From Candidatus Obscuribacterales bacterium (GTDB taxonomy: Bacteria > Cyanobacteriota > Vampirovibrionia > Obscuribacterales > Obscuribacteraceae), in the NCBI GenBank assembly GCA_965228855.1, contig CBDDIJ010000003.1, positions 3,040,001 through 3,104,000 of the forward strand: a stretch of DNA of 64,000 bases, in the 5' to 3' direction. This document shows positions 55,276-64,000 of the stretch, one piece after another (the first letter of the stretch is position 1; every line of letters begins with the position of its first letter). Under the pieces are notes generated by a model. The model was not told where the DNA came from, did not search any database, and saw nothing but the letters and a program-made list of their open reading frames with translations. A program made the translations under genes and the position numbers.

Positions 55276-56826
55276 TTGAAAACTGTATTTCGTCTTTCGA
55301 TTCTGGCACTGAGTCTCACATTGCTACCGACGGCCTGCGGAAAACGAGAGCCGGAGCTTCCGAAAGCCGACGGCGATAAGGCGACTACAACCACAGACGC
55401 GACTAAAACTCCAGCTGCCACCAGTGGCGACACCACTGCAAATGGCGCTCCAACCACAAAAATCCAGGAAGAAAACCTGAAAACGCTTGAGACACTGAAC
55501 TCCGTAACGAGCCTCGCGGAAATTATCAAGAAGAACAACATCCCGGGACAGACCGTGATATGTACAGTCGGTGGTGACAGCGTAAATGTCTCCGATTACA
55601 AACATATTCTCAAAGCTAAACAAGATCAGATCAGACAGGTCCTGCAACAAGATCCTTCGCAAAGACTTCCACTTCTCGAACATGCGAATAAAGAAAACGT
55701 CCAGCTCACAGCAGAAGAGAAGAAAAATCTTTTAGAGCAGGCGCACAACACCCTCGGCAAGAATCTACCGGCGCTTCTGAAGCAGAACAAATTGACCGAA
55801 GCTCAATTCGAATCGCAGATGATGGAGATGGGTCGCGCGTTGAAAACCGCAACGCGAGCGATTGAGAAGAAATTGATCAACGAACTGATCAATCAGGCGA
55901 TACTCGTTGATGCCGCAAGAAATGCCGGCATGGCAAAGACCGCATTCAATCGCTACATCGAATTCAAACACTCACCTGCATACGATCAAGTTACCAGTTT
56001 CACAGACCTGACTCCGGATCAGCTTCGAGACAAAATTATCGAAGAATACCTCTCCGAAGCGATGCAAAAGAAGATTGTCGAGGCGCATGCGCTACCGGAT
56101 TCGAAAGTACTTGAGCTTTATAATTCGCAGAAGGAACAGTTCAAACATCCTGCTCGCGTGAAGTGGAGCCAGATCGTCATTGCGGCGCCATCGCAGGACA
56201 TGGGCGCTATGGAAAGCATCCGCTCTCAAGTGAAAAGGCAGTTCCCGGATCTGTCCGGTGCAGCCCTGGAAGCTAAGGTAAAAGAAACGGAAGAGTTCCA
56301 ACACAAAAAAGCAGTCGACATCCTCAACGAAATCAAAGCGGGCAAAGACTTCGCTGCCGAGGCAAACGAGAAGACAGATGATCTTCCCGCCAAAGCGTCA
56401 GCCAAGGGCGGCGACATGGGATATGTCGACATTGACGAAATCAAAAAGAATGAACTGCTTTCCAAAGTTGGCGACGCTTTACAAAAATTGAAAGTCGGAG
56501 AGGTTTGTCAGGAACCGATTCAATCACTGTTTGGCTGGCACATTGTGAAGTTGACAGGCAAACAAGACGCCGGCACAGCATCATTCGCGGAAGTCAAGGA
56601 CGAACTTAAACAAGCTCTCGCTCAGCAGCAAGCAGGCATGGCTGTTGGAATGTGGATAATGGAAAAGCGTAAGACCGTGCCGATTCGCATCACGCCAGAG
56701 TTTCAGAAATATCTTGACGCAACGTCAGGAGCGGTTAAAGCGGCGACATCAAGTCAACCAGCACCGGCTGCAACAAGCGCGGCTTCGGCACCGACATCCA
56801 AGCCTGCAACGTCTAAACCAAACTAA
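55276..56826 (+). CDS. PpiC/parvulin-type peptidyl-prolyl isomerase, lipoprotein (PrsA/SurA-like)
   Basis: Lipobox-like PTAC, GKDFAAEA, KGGDMG, PIQSLFGWHIVK. Confidence 0.88.
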   Translation: MKTVFRLSILALSLTLLPTACGKREPELPKADGDKATTTTDATKTPAATSGDTTANGAPTTKIQEENLKTLETLNSVTSLAEIIKKNNIPGQTVICTVGGDSVNVSDYKHILKAKQDQIRQVLQQDPSQRLPLLEHANKENVQLTAEEKKNLLEQAHNTLGKNLPALLKQNKLTEAQFESQMMEMGRALKTATRAIEKKLINELINQAILVDAARNAGMAKTAFNRYIEFKHSPAYDQVTSFTDLTPDQLRDKIIEEYLSEAMQKKIVEAHALPDSKVLELYNSQKEQFKHPARVKWSQIVIAAPSQDMGAMESIRSQVKRQFPDLSGAALEAKVKETEEFQHKKAVDILNEIKAGKDFAAEANEKTDDLPAKASAKGGDMGYVDIDEIKKNELLSKVGDALQKLKVGEVCQEPIQSLFGWHIVKLTGKQDAGTASFAEVKDELKQALAQQQAGMAVGMWIMEKRKTVPIRITPEFQKYLDATSGAVKAATSSQPAPAATSAASAPTSKPATSKPN

Positions 56827-56897
56827 TAGCCTCTCAGCAACTACGAATTACCCTTCAATCTGAGATAATGGCTCCAACGATGACCGGAGGAGCTTAG

Positions 56898-57758
56898 ATG
56901 ATCTTGAAAACCACCAACAACTCAAGACGAGCATTTTTTACTACACTCACTGTATTAACGATCGCTCTGCAAGGGTTCACCGTATGTGGTGCCGAAGCAG
57001 CATCAAAAAAGAAGCAAGAAAAAGCCCCCGCAGTCAGCTCAACGACTGAGGACCTCGTAGAAGCGGGCGTGCGCGATCTATCGTTTAAGAAAACGACAGA
57101 AGCCCTGGCAAACTTCGATAAGGCTATCAAAGAAAATCCGAATTACGCTCTCAGCTACGGCAACAGAGCAAATGCTTACATCGCCCAAGGTAAGTACAAA
57201 GAAGCGATCGCTGATTGCGACAAAGCAATCTCACTTGACCCTTCACTCGCAATTGCGTACGTAAACAGATCGTGGGTCTATAACCTTACTCGTCAATACC
57301 AGAAATCGGTTGCCGATTGCGACAAAGCTATCAGCCTGGCACCGAATATGGTGATTGCGTACACGAACCGGTCTCATGCTTATAACAAACTCGGAAAGCA
57401 CAAAGAGGCTCTCGAGGACTGCAATAAGGTCATTGGAATCAATAAAGAGTTTGCACCGGCGTATGTAAACCGCGCTCACACTTATATCGGTATGGGAGAG
57501 TTCAACAAAGCAGTGGCCGATTGCGACACCGCAATCAAATTGAAAGGCGATTACACCAAGGCTTATTTAAACCGTGGTCATGCCTACCGCGAACTCGGCG
57601 AACTGGACAAAGCGTTAGCTGATCTCGACAAAGCAATTTCGCAACATGATGGTCTTGGTGCTGCCTACTACAACCGTTCCAAGGTCTATCAAATGAAAGC
57701 AGCGAAGGACATGGAGAAGGCCAAGAAATTCGGTTTCCTCATGAAAGACGCCGACTAA
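56898..57758 (+). CDS. Secreted TPR protein
   Basis: Tandem 34-aa TPRs (AYxNR...A.AD.DKAI). Confidence 0.9.
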   Translation: MILKTTNNSRRAFFTTLTVLTIALQGFTVCGAEAASKKKQEKAPAVSSTTEDLVEAGVRDLSFKKTTEALANFDKAIKENPNYALSYGNRANAYIAQGKYKEAIADCDKAISLDPSLAIAYVNRSWVYNLTRQYQKSVADCDKAISLAPNMVIAYTNRSHAYNKLGKHKEALEDCNKVIGINKEFAPAYVNRAHTYIGMGEFNKAVADCDTAIKLKGDYTKAYLNRGHAYRELGELDKALADLDKAISQHDGLGAAYYNRSKVYQMKAAKDMEKAKKFGFLMKDAD

Positions 57759-57779
57759 GTTACCGAACTCAGATTGTTT

Positions 57780-57817
57780 AAAACGCGTTTCGCCCATCAA
57801 AAGCGAAACGCGTTTTC
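57780..57817. terminator. Bidirectional intrinsic terminator
   Basis: AAACGCGTTTCGC-loop-GCGAAACGCGTTTT between convergent genes. Confidence 0.8.
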
Positions 57818-57961
57818 TCTTGAGTGAAATCTAGCGCGACATCGCCTGACGCACAAAAATTCGACGCACCAACATTCTCACTGCCAATACGGCACTAAAT
57901 CGGCGTTGGAAGTACGTCAAGAATTGAACGAAGTTTGCGTTTTTAAAGTGGTTTTGAACGA

Positions 57962-58348
57962 TTAGCGTCCGTAGTATTGGACGTAACGGCCCGTGTTGGC
58001 GACGGAATTCTCGCTGCCGCCCCAGACCGCAGAGGAAGAGGAGCCTGTGTCGTATACGCCACCGGATTGCGAACTTGCTTCCGATTGCAACACTCCGCCG
58101 GAATCTGACTCAGCACCTGTGTCCATAGGACCACCTGATTCCGAATTGCCCCATTGATAGCCACCGGACTCGGTTGAACCGGCAGAGCCCACGCCGCCGG
58201 ATGCAGAGTCGCCGCCGCCGACCATAATAAAACCGGCTTCCGAATCTGCCATCGCCACGTTAGTCAACGATAGACTCGCTACCGCCGCCAGTGCCATCGA
58301 AAAAAATAGTGTTTTCAAACTTTTGCTAGTTTGTCTCATCGTTTTCAC
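57962..58348 (-). CDS. Small secreted Gly/Ser-rich repeat protein
   Basis: Signal peptide (AMA|D); five xxSGG repeats at 10-12-aa spacing. Confidence 0.7.
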   Translation of the reverse strand: MKTMRQTSKSLKTLFFSMALAAVASLSLTNVAMADSEAGFIMVGGGDSASGGVGSAGSTESGGYQWGNSESGGPMDTGAESDSGGVLQSEASSQSGGVYDTGSSSSAVWGGSENSVANTGRYVQYYGR

Positions 58349-58562
58349 TCCACGTCTTTTTCCAAGAACACCAACTTCAGGGCAAGGCAGAATTTGGTTT
58401 ACGCAACCATCCTACCAGACAATTTCACCGTATTCATCCGCTTGAAAGGTTCGAATCCCTCTTAACAACAGTCGTGTTTATGTACCTTCTATACTTCCAG
58501 AGCCAGCGAAGAACCGCAATTATTCCTTAATATGGTATGTTTCCTGTGTCACGAGCGAGAGA

Positions 58563-59774
58563 GTGGCTAACAAAATGGGTGTCGCAGATACTAAGAGAAT
58601 CCGCCTCGGAATACTGATGATCGACGCGGGGCTTATAACGCGGGACGAACTGGAAGAGTGCCTGCGAATGTCACGCGAGACTGGCTTGCCGGTAGGCCGA
58701 ATGCTGCTGGTTGCCGCCAAGACCTCTGAGACGGTTTTACAGGCTGCGGTGCAGGCTCAATCATTGCTCAAGGATGGTCTCATCGACCTGGACACCGCCT
58801 ATAAAGCTTTGCGTATCGTCAAAGACGAGAAAAAATCCTTCGACAATGCGCTTAAACAGCTCAACGTCATAGTAGAAGAGGTGAAAATCAACAAGCTCGG
58901 CCAGCTTCTCCTCTCCTCGAATTTCTGTACGGAAGAACAGCTGGAAGAGGCTCTTGCCGGAAGCGCGTCGACAGGTTTGCCGTTTGGACGCATGCTCGTT
59001 TTGAACGGTGTGATCAACGAGTCGCAACTGGCCGCCACCCTCAACGCACAAATTCTAATCCGCGACGACAAAATCACAAAAGATCAAGCCGTAGAAGGGT
59101 TAAAACAAGCGCGCCGCCGTCAAATCGCCGTTGAAGTTCCGCTTATGGAAAAGGGCTTTTACAGAGTGCAAACTCGAGACGCGATCCGGCTTGGTGAACT
59201 CCTTTCACTCGCCGGTCTGATATCAGAGTCGCAGCTATTGAACGCGGTCGAACTCGGTTTGATCTCTCAAAAACCGCTCGGTCAGGTTTTAATCGAAACC
59301 AATCTTGTGAGCGAAGAAATTTTGAAGGTCGCGCTCCAGCTTCAAGACCTGGTTATGAAAGGGACGCTACGCCCGCTACAAGCTTCGCAAGTTCTTGTCC
59401 AGGTCAAGGAAACAGGCAAGTCCATTCCGGAAGCGGTCGCCTTGATTGAGCGTGGTGCCGCATCCGATACCATCGATATTACGCTGAAAGACTTCTTGAT
59501 GACATCAAAGACTGTCACCACCGATGATATCGCCACGGCATTCGAGGTTTCTGTTAACAACAACCAGATACTTGGACGCATGCTGCTTCTCTCCGGTATC
59601 ATCGATGAATCGACGCTACAAGCCGCAATGCGACTGGTCTTTCTCGTCAAAGGCGGAATTCTGAATATCGAGCAAGCGCAAAAGGCGTTCGACTACAGCA
59701 CACGTCATCGTGCCACCATAGATGAAGCGCTGCAGGAATTGAACATCCAGCACACGCCGCCGGCTCAGGCTTAG
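58563..59774 (+). CDS. Protein built of tandem MshEN-like (c-di-GMP-binding-type) motifs
   Basis: RLGILMIDAGLIT, KLGQLLL, PFGRMLVLNGVI, RLGELLSLAGLISESQL, PLGQVLI, ILGRMLLLSGII. Confidence 0.75.
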   Translation: MANKMGVADTKRIRLGILMIDAGLITRDELEECLRMSRETGLPVGRMLLVAAKTSETVLQAAVQAQSLLKDGLIDLDTAYKALRIVKDEKKSFDNALKQLNVIVEEVKINKLGQLLLSSNFCTEEQLEEALAGSASTGLPFGRMLVLNGVINESQLAATLNAQILIRDDKITKDQAVEGLKQARRRQIAVEVPLMEKGFYRVQTRDAIRLGELLSLAGLISESQLLNAVELGLISQKPLGQVLIETNLVSEEILKVALQLQDLVMKGTLRPLQASQVLVQVKETGKSIPEAVALIERGAASDTIDITLKDFLMTSKTVTTDDIATAFEVSVNNNQILGRMLLLSGIIDESTLQAAMRLVFLVKGGILNIEQAQKAFDYSTRHRATIDEALQELNIQHTPPAQA

Positions 59775-59878
59775 TCACCACGCCGGATCATTCAGTTTCG
59801 CATACTCAACTTTTGTATTGCAGACTCAGGTTTAACGAACAACGTTAAACCGGCTCGACGGTCCACAGTCGAAACAAC

Positions 59879-60520
59879 CTAGCGCGCGCTGACGAAAGGA
59901 TTCTGGCGCTTCTCGCTCCAGATGGTCGTATCCGGACCGTGCCCTGCAATAACTCTTGTGCTGTCATCAAGTTTATACAATCGATTCGAGATCGAATCGA
60001 CGATTTCCTCGAATGAGCCGCCCCAGAGATCGGTGCGCCCGACGCCATGTTTGAACAGCGTATCACCGGCGAACAAAACACTATCTTTATCGGCGACCGA
60101 GTAGCATAAACTTCCAGGTGTATGACCGGGTGTGTGAATCACGGAAGCTTTCAGGTTTCCGAATTTGACGTCTTCTTCGTCACTCAAGTAGTGATCGACC
60201 GGCAAAGGTTCTGTTGCTGAAAAACCGAACATGCTGCACTGTTTCAAAAGATTGTCGTACAGCCACTGATCTCCTTTGTGCAAGCAGATCTTGGCGCCGG
60301 TTCTCTCTTTCATTTCCCGACTACCGATTATGTGATCGAAGTGCGCGTGAGTATGCAGCAGGTATTTAACCTTCAGACCATGTTTTTCAGCGATCTCGAT
60401 AATCTCATCGACATCACCGCCCGGGTCTATAACGGCGGCTTCGCCGGTTTCCTTGCAGCCGATAATCGAGCAGTTGCACTGCAAGGGTCCGGCTTGAAAC
60501 GTTTCAAGAACGAGTGACAT
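59879..60520 (-). CDS. MBL-fold metallo-hydrolase (glyoxalase II/GloC-like)
   Basis: HTHAHFDH, HTPGHTPG, AGDTLF, GRTDL, GHG. Confidence 0.92.
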   Translation of the reverse strand: MSLVLETFQAGPLQCNCSIIGCKETGEAAVIDPGGDVDEIIEIAEKHGLKVKYLLHTHAHFDHIIGSREMKERTGAKICLHKGDQWLYDNLLKQCSMFGFSATEPLPVDHYLSDEEDVKFGNLKASVIHTPGHTPGSLCYSVADKDSVLFAGDTLFKHGVGRTDLWGGSFEEIVDSISNRLYKLDDSTRVIAGHGPDTTIWSEKRQNPFVSAR

Positions 60521-61579
60521 CTATTCGAACATCTCGCTAACCGAGGAATCATCATGGATACGCGCGATTGCTTCTCCAAGCAAGCGAGCAACAGAGAGCA
60601 TCACAATTTTATCGGAGATGTTTTCGCGCTCGTGCGGAATCGAGTTTGTGACGATCAGTTTCTTGATGCAAGACTTGTCGAGACGCTCATTGGCAGGACC
60701 GGAAAGAACGGCATGAGTTGCGCAAGCGTACACTTCGCGGGCGCCCTCTTTCATCAGGAGCTCGGCTCCTTTGACGAGTGTTCCTGCTGTGTCGACCATA
60801 TCGTCGACCATGATTGCGACTTTGCCTTTGACGTCACCGACCACCGACATGACTTCGGCGACATTGTGTTTCTCGGGACTTCTGCGTTTGTCGATAATGG
60901 CGATCGGCGCATCGTCGAGTTTTTTCGCGAATGCTCTTGTACGTGACACACCGCCGACATCGGGGCTCACAAGAACAATATCTTCGAGGTCCATGGTGCG
61001 GATGTAGTCGAGGAGTACTGGGCTGGCGTACAGGTGGTCGACAAGAATATTGAAGAAGCCCATGATCTGAGGGGCGTGAAGGTCGAGCGCGACGACACGC
61101 TGAGCACCTGAGGTGGTGAGCAGATCGGCGATTAGTTTAGCCGTGATTGCTTCGCGACCGGCCGCTTTACGATCCTGCCTGCCATAACCGTAATAGGGCA
61201 TCACAACTGTTATGCGTCCCGCCGAAGCGCGCTTCAGAGCGTCCAGCAGAATCAAAAGCTCCATCAGGTTCTCATTGACCGGCGTGCAAGTCGGCTGAAT
61301 TACGAAACAATCCAGTCCGCGCACGCTCTCTTGAACCTGCACATAAATTTCACCGTCTGAGAATGGGGAAATTTTGATAGGCGAGACATGAAGTCCCATG
61401 TACTCCGCCACTTCCTTGGCCAGCTCTGGGTTGGCTGTCCCAGCGAGAATGCGAAGTTCGGTCTTTCCACCTGCTAACAATCGCTGCCGTGCGGGCATTT
61501 GTGCAACCAAGAGCCTGTCCTCCAAGCAATTCCAGCGTAATTGTAGTGGAGAATTCGGTTTAGATAAACTATTGATCAA
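60521..61579 (-). CDS. prs: Ribose-phosphate pyrophosphokinase (true start possibly the ATG at 61498)
   Basis: FSDGEI, PYYGYGRQDRK, DLHAPQI, VSPDVGG, VDDMVDTAGT, THAVLS. Confidence 0.97.
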   Translation of the reverse strand: MINSLSKPNSPLQLRWNCLEDRLLVAQMPARQRLLAGGKTELRILAGTANPELAKEVAEYMGLHVSPIKISPFSDGEIYVQVQESVRGLDCFVIQPTCTPVNENLMELLILLDALKRASAGRITVVMPYYGYGRQDRKAAGREAITAKLIADLLTTSGAQRVVALDLHAPQIMGFFNILVDHLYASPVLLDYIRTMDLEDIVLVSPDVGGVSRTRAFAKKLDDAPIAIIDKRRSPEKHNVAEVMSVVGDVKGKVAIMVDDMVDTAGTLVKGAELLMKEGAREVYACATHAVLSGPANERLDKSCIKKLIVTNSIPHERENISDKIVMLSVARLLGEAIARIHDDSSVSEMFE

Positions 61580-61594
61580 ATGTTTAACTACATA

Positions 61595-62893
61595 TCAGGC
61601 GTTCGTGAATGGCAGATCGCCGCTCAGGGAGAGGCTTAACGCCCCTTCAAGAGAGCACTTAACATGCATATATGAGAGACCGCCCTGCACGTATGCGGCA
61701 AACGGTGGACGCAACGGCCCATCAGCGGAGAATTCGATAGTCGAGCCTTCAACGAAGGTGCCTCCCGCCATGATGATTTGATCCTGGTAACCAGGCATAT
61801 TTGCCGGTTCGGGGTCGACATGGGCATTGACCGGCGAAAACCGTTGTATTGCCTTGCAGAAGTTAATCAGCTTTTCTTTGCCGCCGAACTCAATCGACTG
61901 GATGATATCGAACCTTTCTTCGTCGGGAGCAGGACTGACCTTGAAGCCCAGGTCGCGGAACACGGATGCAGTGAGGGCTACGCCTTTCAGTGCCGACGAA
62001 ACGACTGACGGCGCGAGAAAAAGACCCTGAAAAATCATTCGCCCCTGATTGAAGCTGTGACCCATATGACCGCCCACTCCGGGCGCGGTCAGTCTGTTTA
62101 GAGCCGATTCGACAGCGGATCTTTTGCCGGCAATATATCCACCGGCTACACATAGACCACCACCAGGATTTTTGATCAAACTGCCCGCGACTAAATCCGC
62201 TCCGACATTGGTCGGCTCGTCTACCTCGACGAACTCACCGTAGCAGTTGTCGACCATAATAAGCCCGTCTTTGTCTATGGAACGAACGGCATCAATCATC
62301 TTCTTCAGGTCACGATTGGAATATGTGCGCCGCGACATACTGTATCCTCGCGACTTTTGCAGATAATAGATGCGAGCCGGCGCGTGCGGTTTTATCGCAT
62401 TAATAAGAGCGGCTCTGACAGCAGTCTCCGAGCAACCAGTGCCTGAGTCGTCCAACAAAGGACCAAGATCGATCTGTTCGTACTTGGCGCCCAGTTTTGT
62501 TAAACTACCGGGCTCGTCACCCGTGATTCCCAGTACCTCTTCGAGGGAATCGTAAGGCGCGCCGGTGAGACATAGAAGTTTCTCAGAGCTCGAAATGTTT
62601 CCGAGAATGGCGCAGGCGAGCGCATGCGTTCCACTGACGAATTGCATCCGCAGGCACGCGGCTTCGGCGCCGAAGATGTGAGCAACAATTTCGTCGAGAG
62701 CATCGCGACCGGCATTGTCTATTCCGTAACCGGTTTTCTCAGCGAAAAACTCCTCGGTAACGCGCGCTTCGCGAAAAGCTTTCAGAACCTTGTGCTGATT
62801 TGCCAGCGCCGCATCGTCGATGGCTTTGAAAACGTCTTTGAGCCGTTCTTCTCCGGCGTCGATCAAATCACGTGCGTTCAGGGTTGTTGTCAT
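61595..62893 (-). CDS. Methionine gamma-lyase / aluminium-resistance family PLP enzyme (YnbB-like)
   Basis: VSGTHA, MVDNCYGEF, AGSLIKNPGGG, IMAGGTFVEGSTIEFSADGP. Confidence 0.93.
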   Translation of the reverse strand: MTTTLNARDLIDAGEERLKDVFKAIDDAALANQHKVLKAFREARVTEEFFAEKTGYGIDNAGRDALDEIVAHIFGAEAACLRMQFVSGTHALACAILGNISSSEKLLCLTGAPYDSLEEVLGITGDEPGSLTKLGAKYEQIDLGPLLDDSGTGCSETAVRAALINAIKPHAPARIYYLQKSRGYSMSRRTYSNRDLKKMIDAVRSIDKDGLIMVDNCYGEFVEVDEPTNVGADLVAGSLIKNPGGGLCVAGGYIAGKRSAVESALNRLTAPGVGGHMGHSFNQGRMIFQGLFLAPSVVSSALKGVALTASVFRDLGFKVSPAPDEERFDIIQSIEFGGKEKLINFCKAIQRFSPVNAHVDPEPANMPGYQDQIIMAGGTFVEGSTIEFSADGPLRPPFAAYVQGGLSYMHVKCSLEGALSLSLSGDLPFTNA

Positions 62894-62975
62894 CGCTGTC
62901 TCTTTTATGAAATCTGCGCGTTCAATTGAACTAATTTCAGCGTCGCTACGTCAATAAAAATATAGAGATGTAATT

Positions 62976-63839
62976 TTGTTCAGGAGGTCGGTCGTGAATA
63001 AGACGTTGTCCGCCGTCCGCAATCTGTTTGTGGATAAACCGATTGCGCTTTTCAAGTACCTCGACGTTTCCTCTTATTTCTGCGAGGAGAAGTGCCGCGC
63101 ATGTGGCAGATCGGTTCTCGAAGAACCGTTCAATTCTGAACATTCGGAGAGTAAATTCGAGCCTCGCTCGAACCGCTGTTGTCTGTGTCATGAGTGCCAT
63201 GCAAAATTCTTGCGAAACCGGCAGTCACTGTGGTGGCTTCCTGTTGATGGGGAGAAAACAGGTGCTGAGGTTTTTAACCGAAAAATCGGCAACACCACAT
63301 TCGACACCACTCAACTCCTACCGGTCGCCACAGCTGCAATGTACGAGGGGGTAATGCAAAAGCTTATAAGGAAACTAAAGTACGATGACGACCGGCTGGT
63401 TGTCAGAGACATCAACGTTCCCATGCAGCAAGCGTTTCTAAAACTGCAGAGTGAAGTCGATGCGTTTCGAGATGGACGTAACTTGCTGATTGTTCCAATC
63501 CCTCTGCATAAGAGTCGAGAGCGCAAACGCGGCTACAACCAGGCAAAATTACTGGCGAAAGGCGTGGCTGACAGTAATAAACTTTCAGTCAATTGTGATG
63601 TTCTAAAACGAGTGAAGAAGACCAAACCACAGTTCGGATTGAATAAACAGGACCGATTAGCAAACATCGACGGAGCATTTTCACTTGGAAGAACCGACGT
63701 GACGGGCAAATCAATTATTCTCATAGATGATGTCTTCACTTCAGGCGCGACCCTGACTTTGTGCGCAAAACTACTCACCACAGGTGGTGCCAGTAACGTC
63801 GCCGCCATAGCAGCGGCTCGGGCCCCGTATGATCGCTAG
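62976..63839 (+). CDS. comF: ComF/GntX family competence protein (zinc ribbon plus PRTase)
   Basis: CRAC...CHEC, LKY, VPIPLHKSRERKRGYNQA, LIDDVFTSGATL. Confidence 0.9.
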   Translation: MFRRSVVNKTLSAVRNLFVDKPIALFKYLDVSSYFCEEKCRACGRSVLEEPFNSEHSESKFEPRSNRCCLCHECHAKFLRNRQSLWWLPVDGEKTGAEVFNRKIGNTTFDTTQLLPVATAAMYEGVMQKLIRKLKYDDDRLVVRDINVPMQQAFLKLQSEVDAFRDGRNLLIVPIPLHKSRERKRGYNQAKLLAKGVADSNKLSVNCDVLKRVKKTKPQFGLNKQDRLANIDGAFSLGRTDVTGKSIILIDDVFTSGATLTLCAKLLTTGGASNVAAIAAARAPYDR

Positions 63840-64000
63840 TTCAGTTTCAACGACGAAATGCGTTCGTTTCAGCCGTTTGTGAACGCTCTATCACGTGCGC
63901 AATGGTTGAAACACTTGAGTAATGTTTTGCAATCAAAAGCCTAATAAGAATAAAGAGGGGCTGCAAAGTTGTATGATCAGACTCCTTCAATATATAGGGA

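Noticed and set aside
58447..58459. GGTTCGAATCCC tRNA T-loop-like motif
   Set aside because: No 5-bp T-stem, acceptor stem or anticodon arm can be formed.
27341..63839. rarA, uvrC, radA, mfd and comF as a DNA-uptake/recombination module of the T4SS
   Set aside because: They are scattered among unrelated housekeeping genes over 36 kb with no shared operon or motif; proximity alone is insufficient.

Overview
This looks like a bacterial chromosomal segment. The gene style (Hanks kinase fusions, MshEN-repeat protein, many TPR proteins) suggests non-photosynthetic Cyanobacteriota, i.e. Ca. Melainabacteria/Obscuribacterales-like; that assignment is inference. The right ~37 kb is mostly housekeeping: rarA, a two-component system, uvrC, radA, lgt, hpf, thpR, an amidase, mnmA, mfd, a PPIase, prs and comF. 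The left part (2915-25575, all minus strand) is the most notable. It is a compact, atypical type IV secretion/conjugation-like locus with a Replic_Relax-type nuclease, VirD4, a VirB8-like protein, VirB4, a VirB3/PrgI-like protein, DUF2225 and a 1899-aa extended VirB6-like protein. It also has two cassettes, each with two secreted low-complexity proteins plus a VirB2-like pilin. The two pilins are identical over 130 aa despite ~45 synonymous differences (manual count). I recognise no integrase, att site, VirB9, VirB10 or VirB11, so the locus may be domesticated. Unusual non-coding structure lies in and beside it: a G-quadruplex-capable 44-bp tandem repeat, an ABAB array of 61-bp hairpins, a shared operator-like motif, and an 11-bp phased array upstream of a coiled-coil gene. 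A second, AABB hairpin array lies at 38.3-39.0 kb. No rRNA, tRNA, cas genes or true CRISPR array were found. All annotations come from motif recognition by eye, with no database searches.
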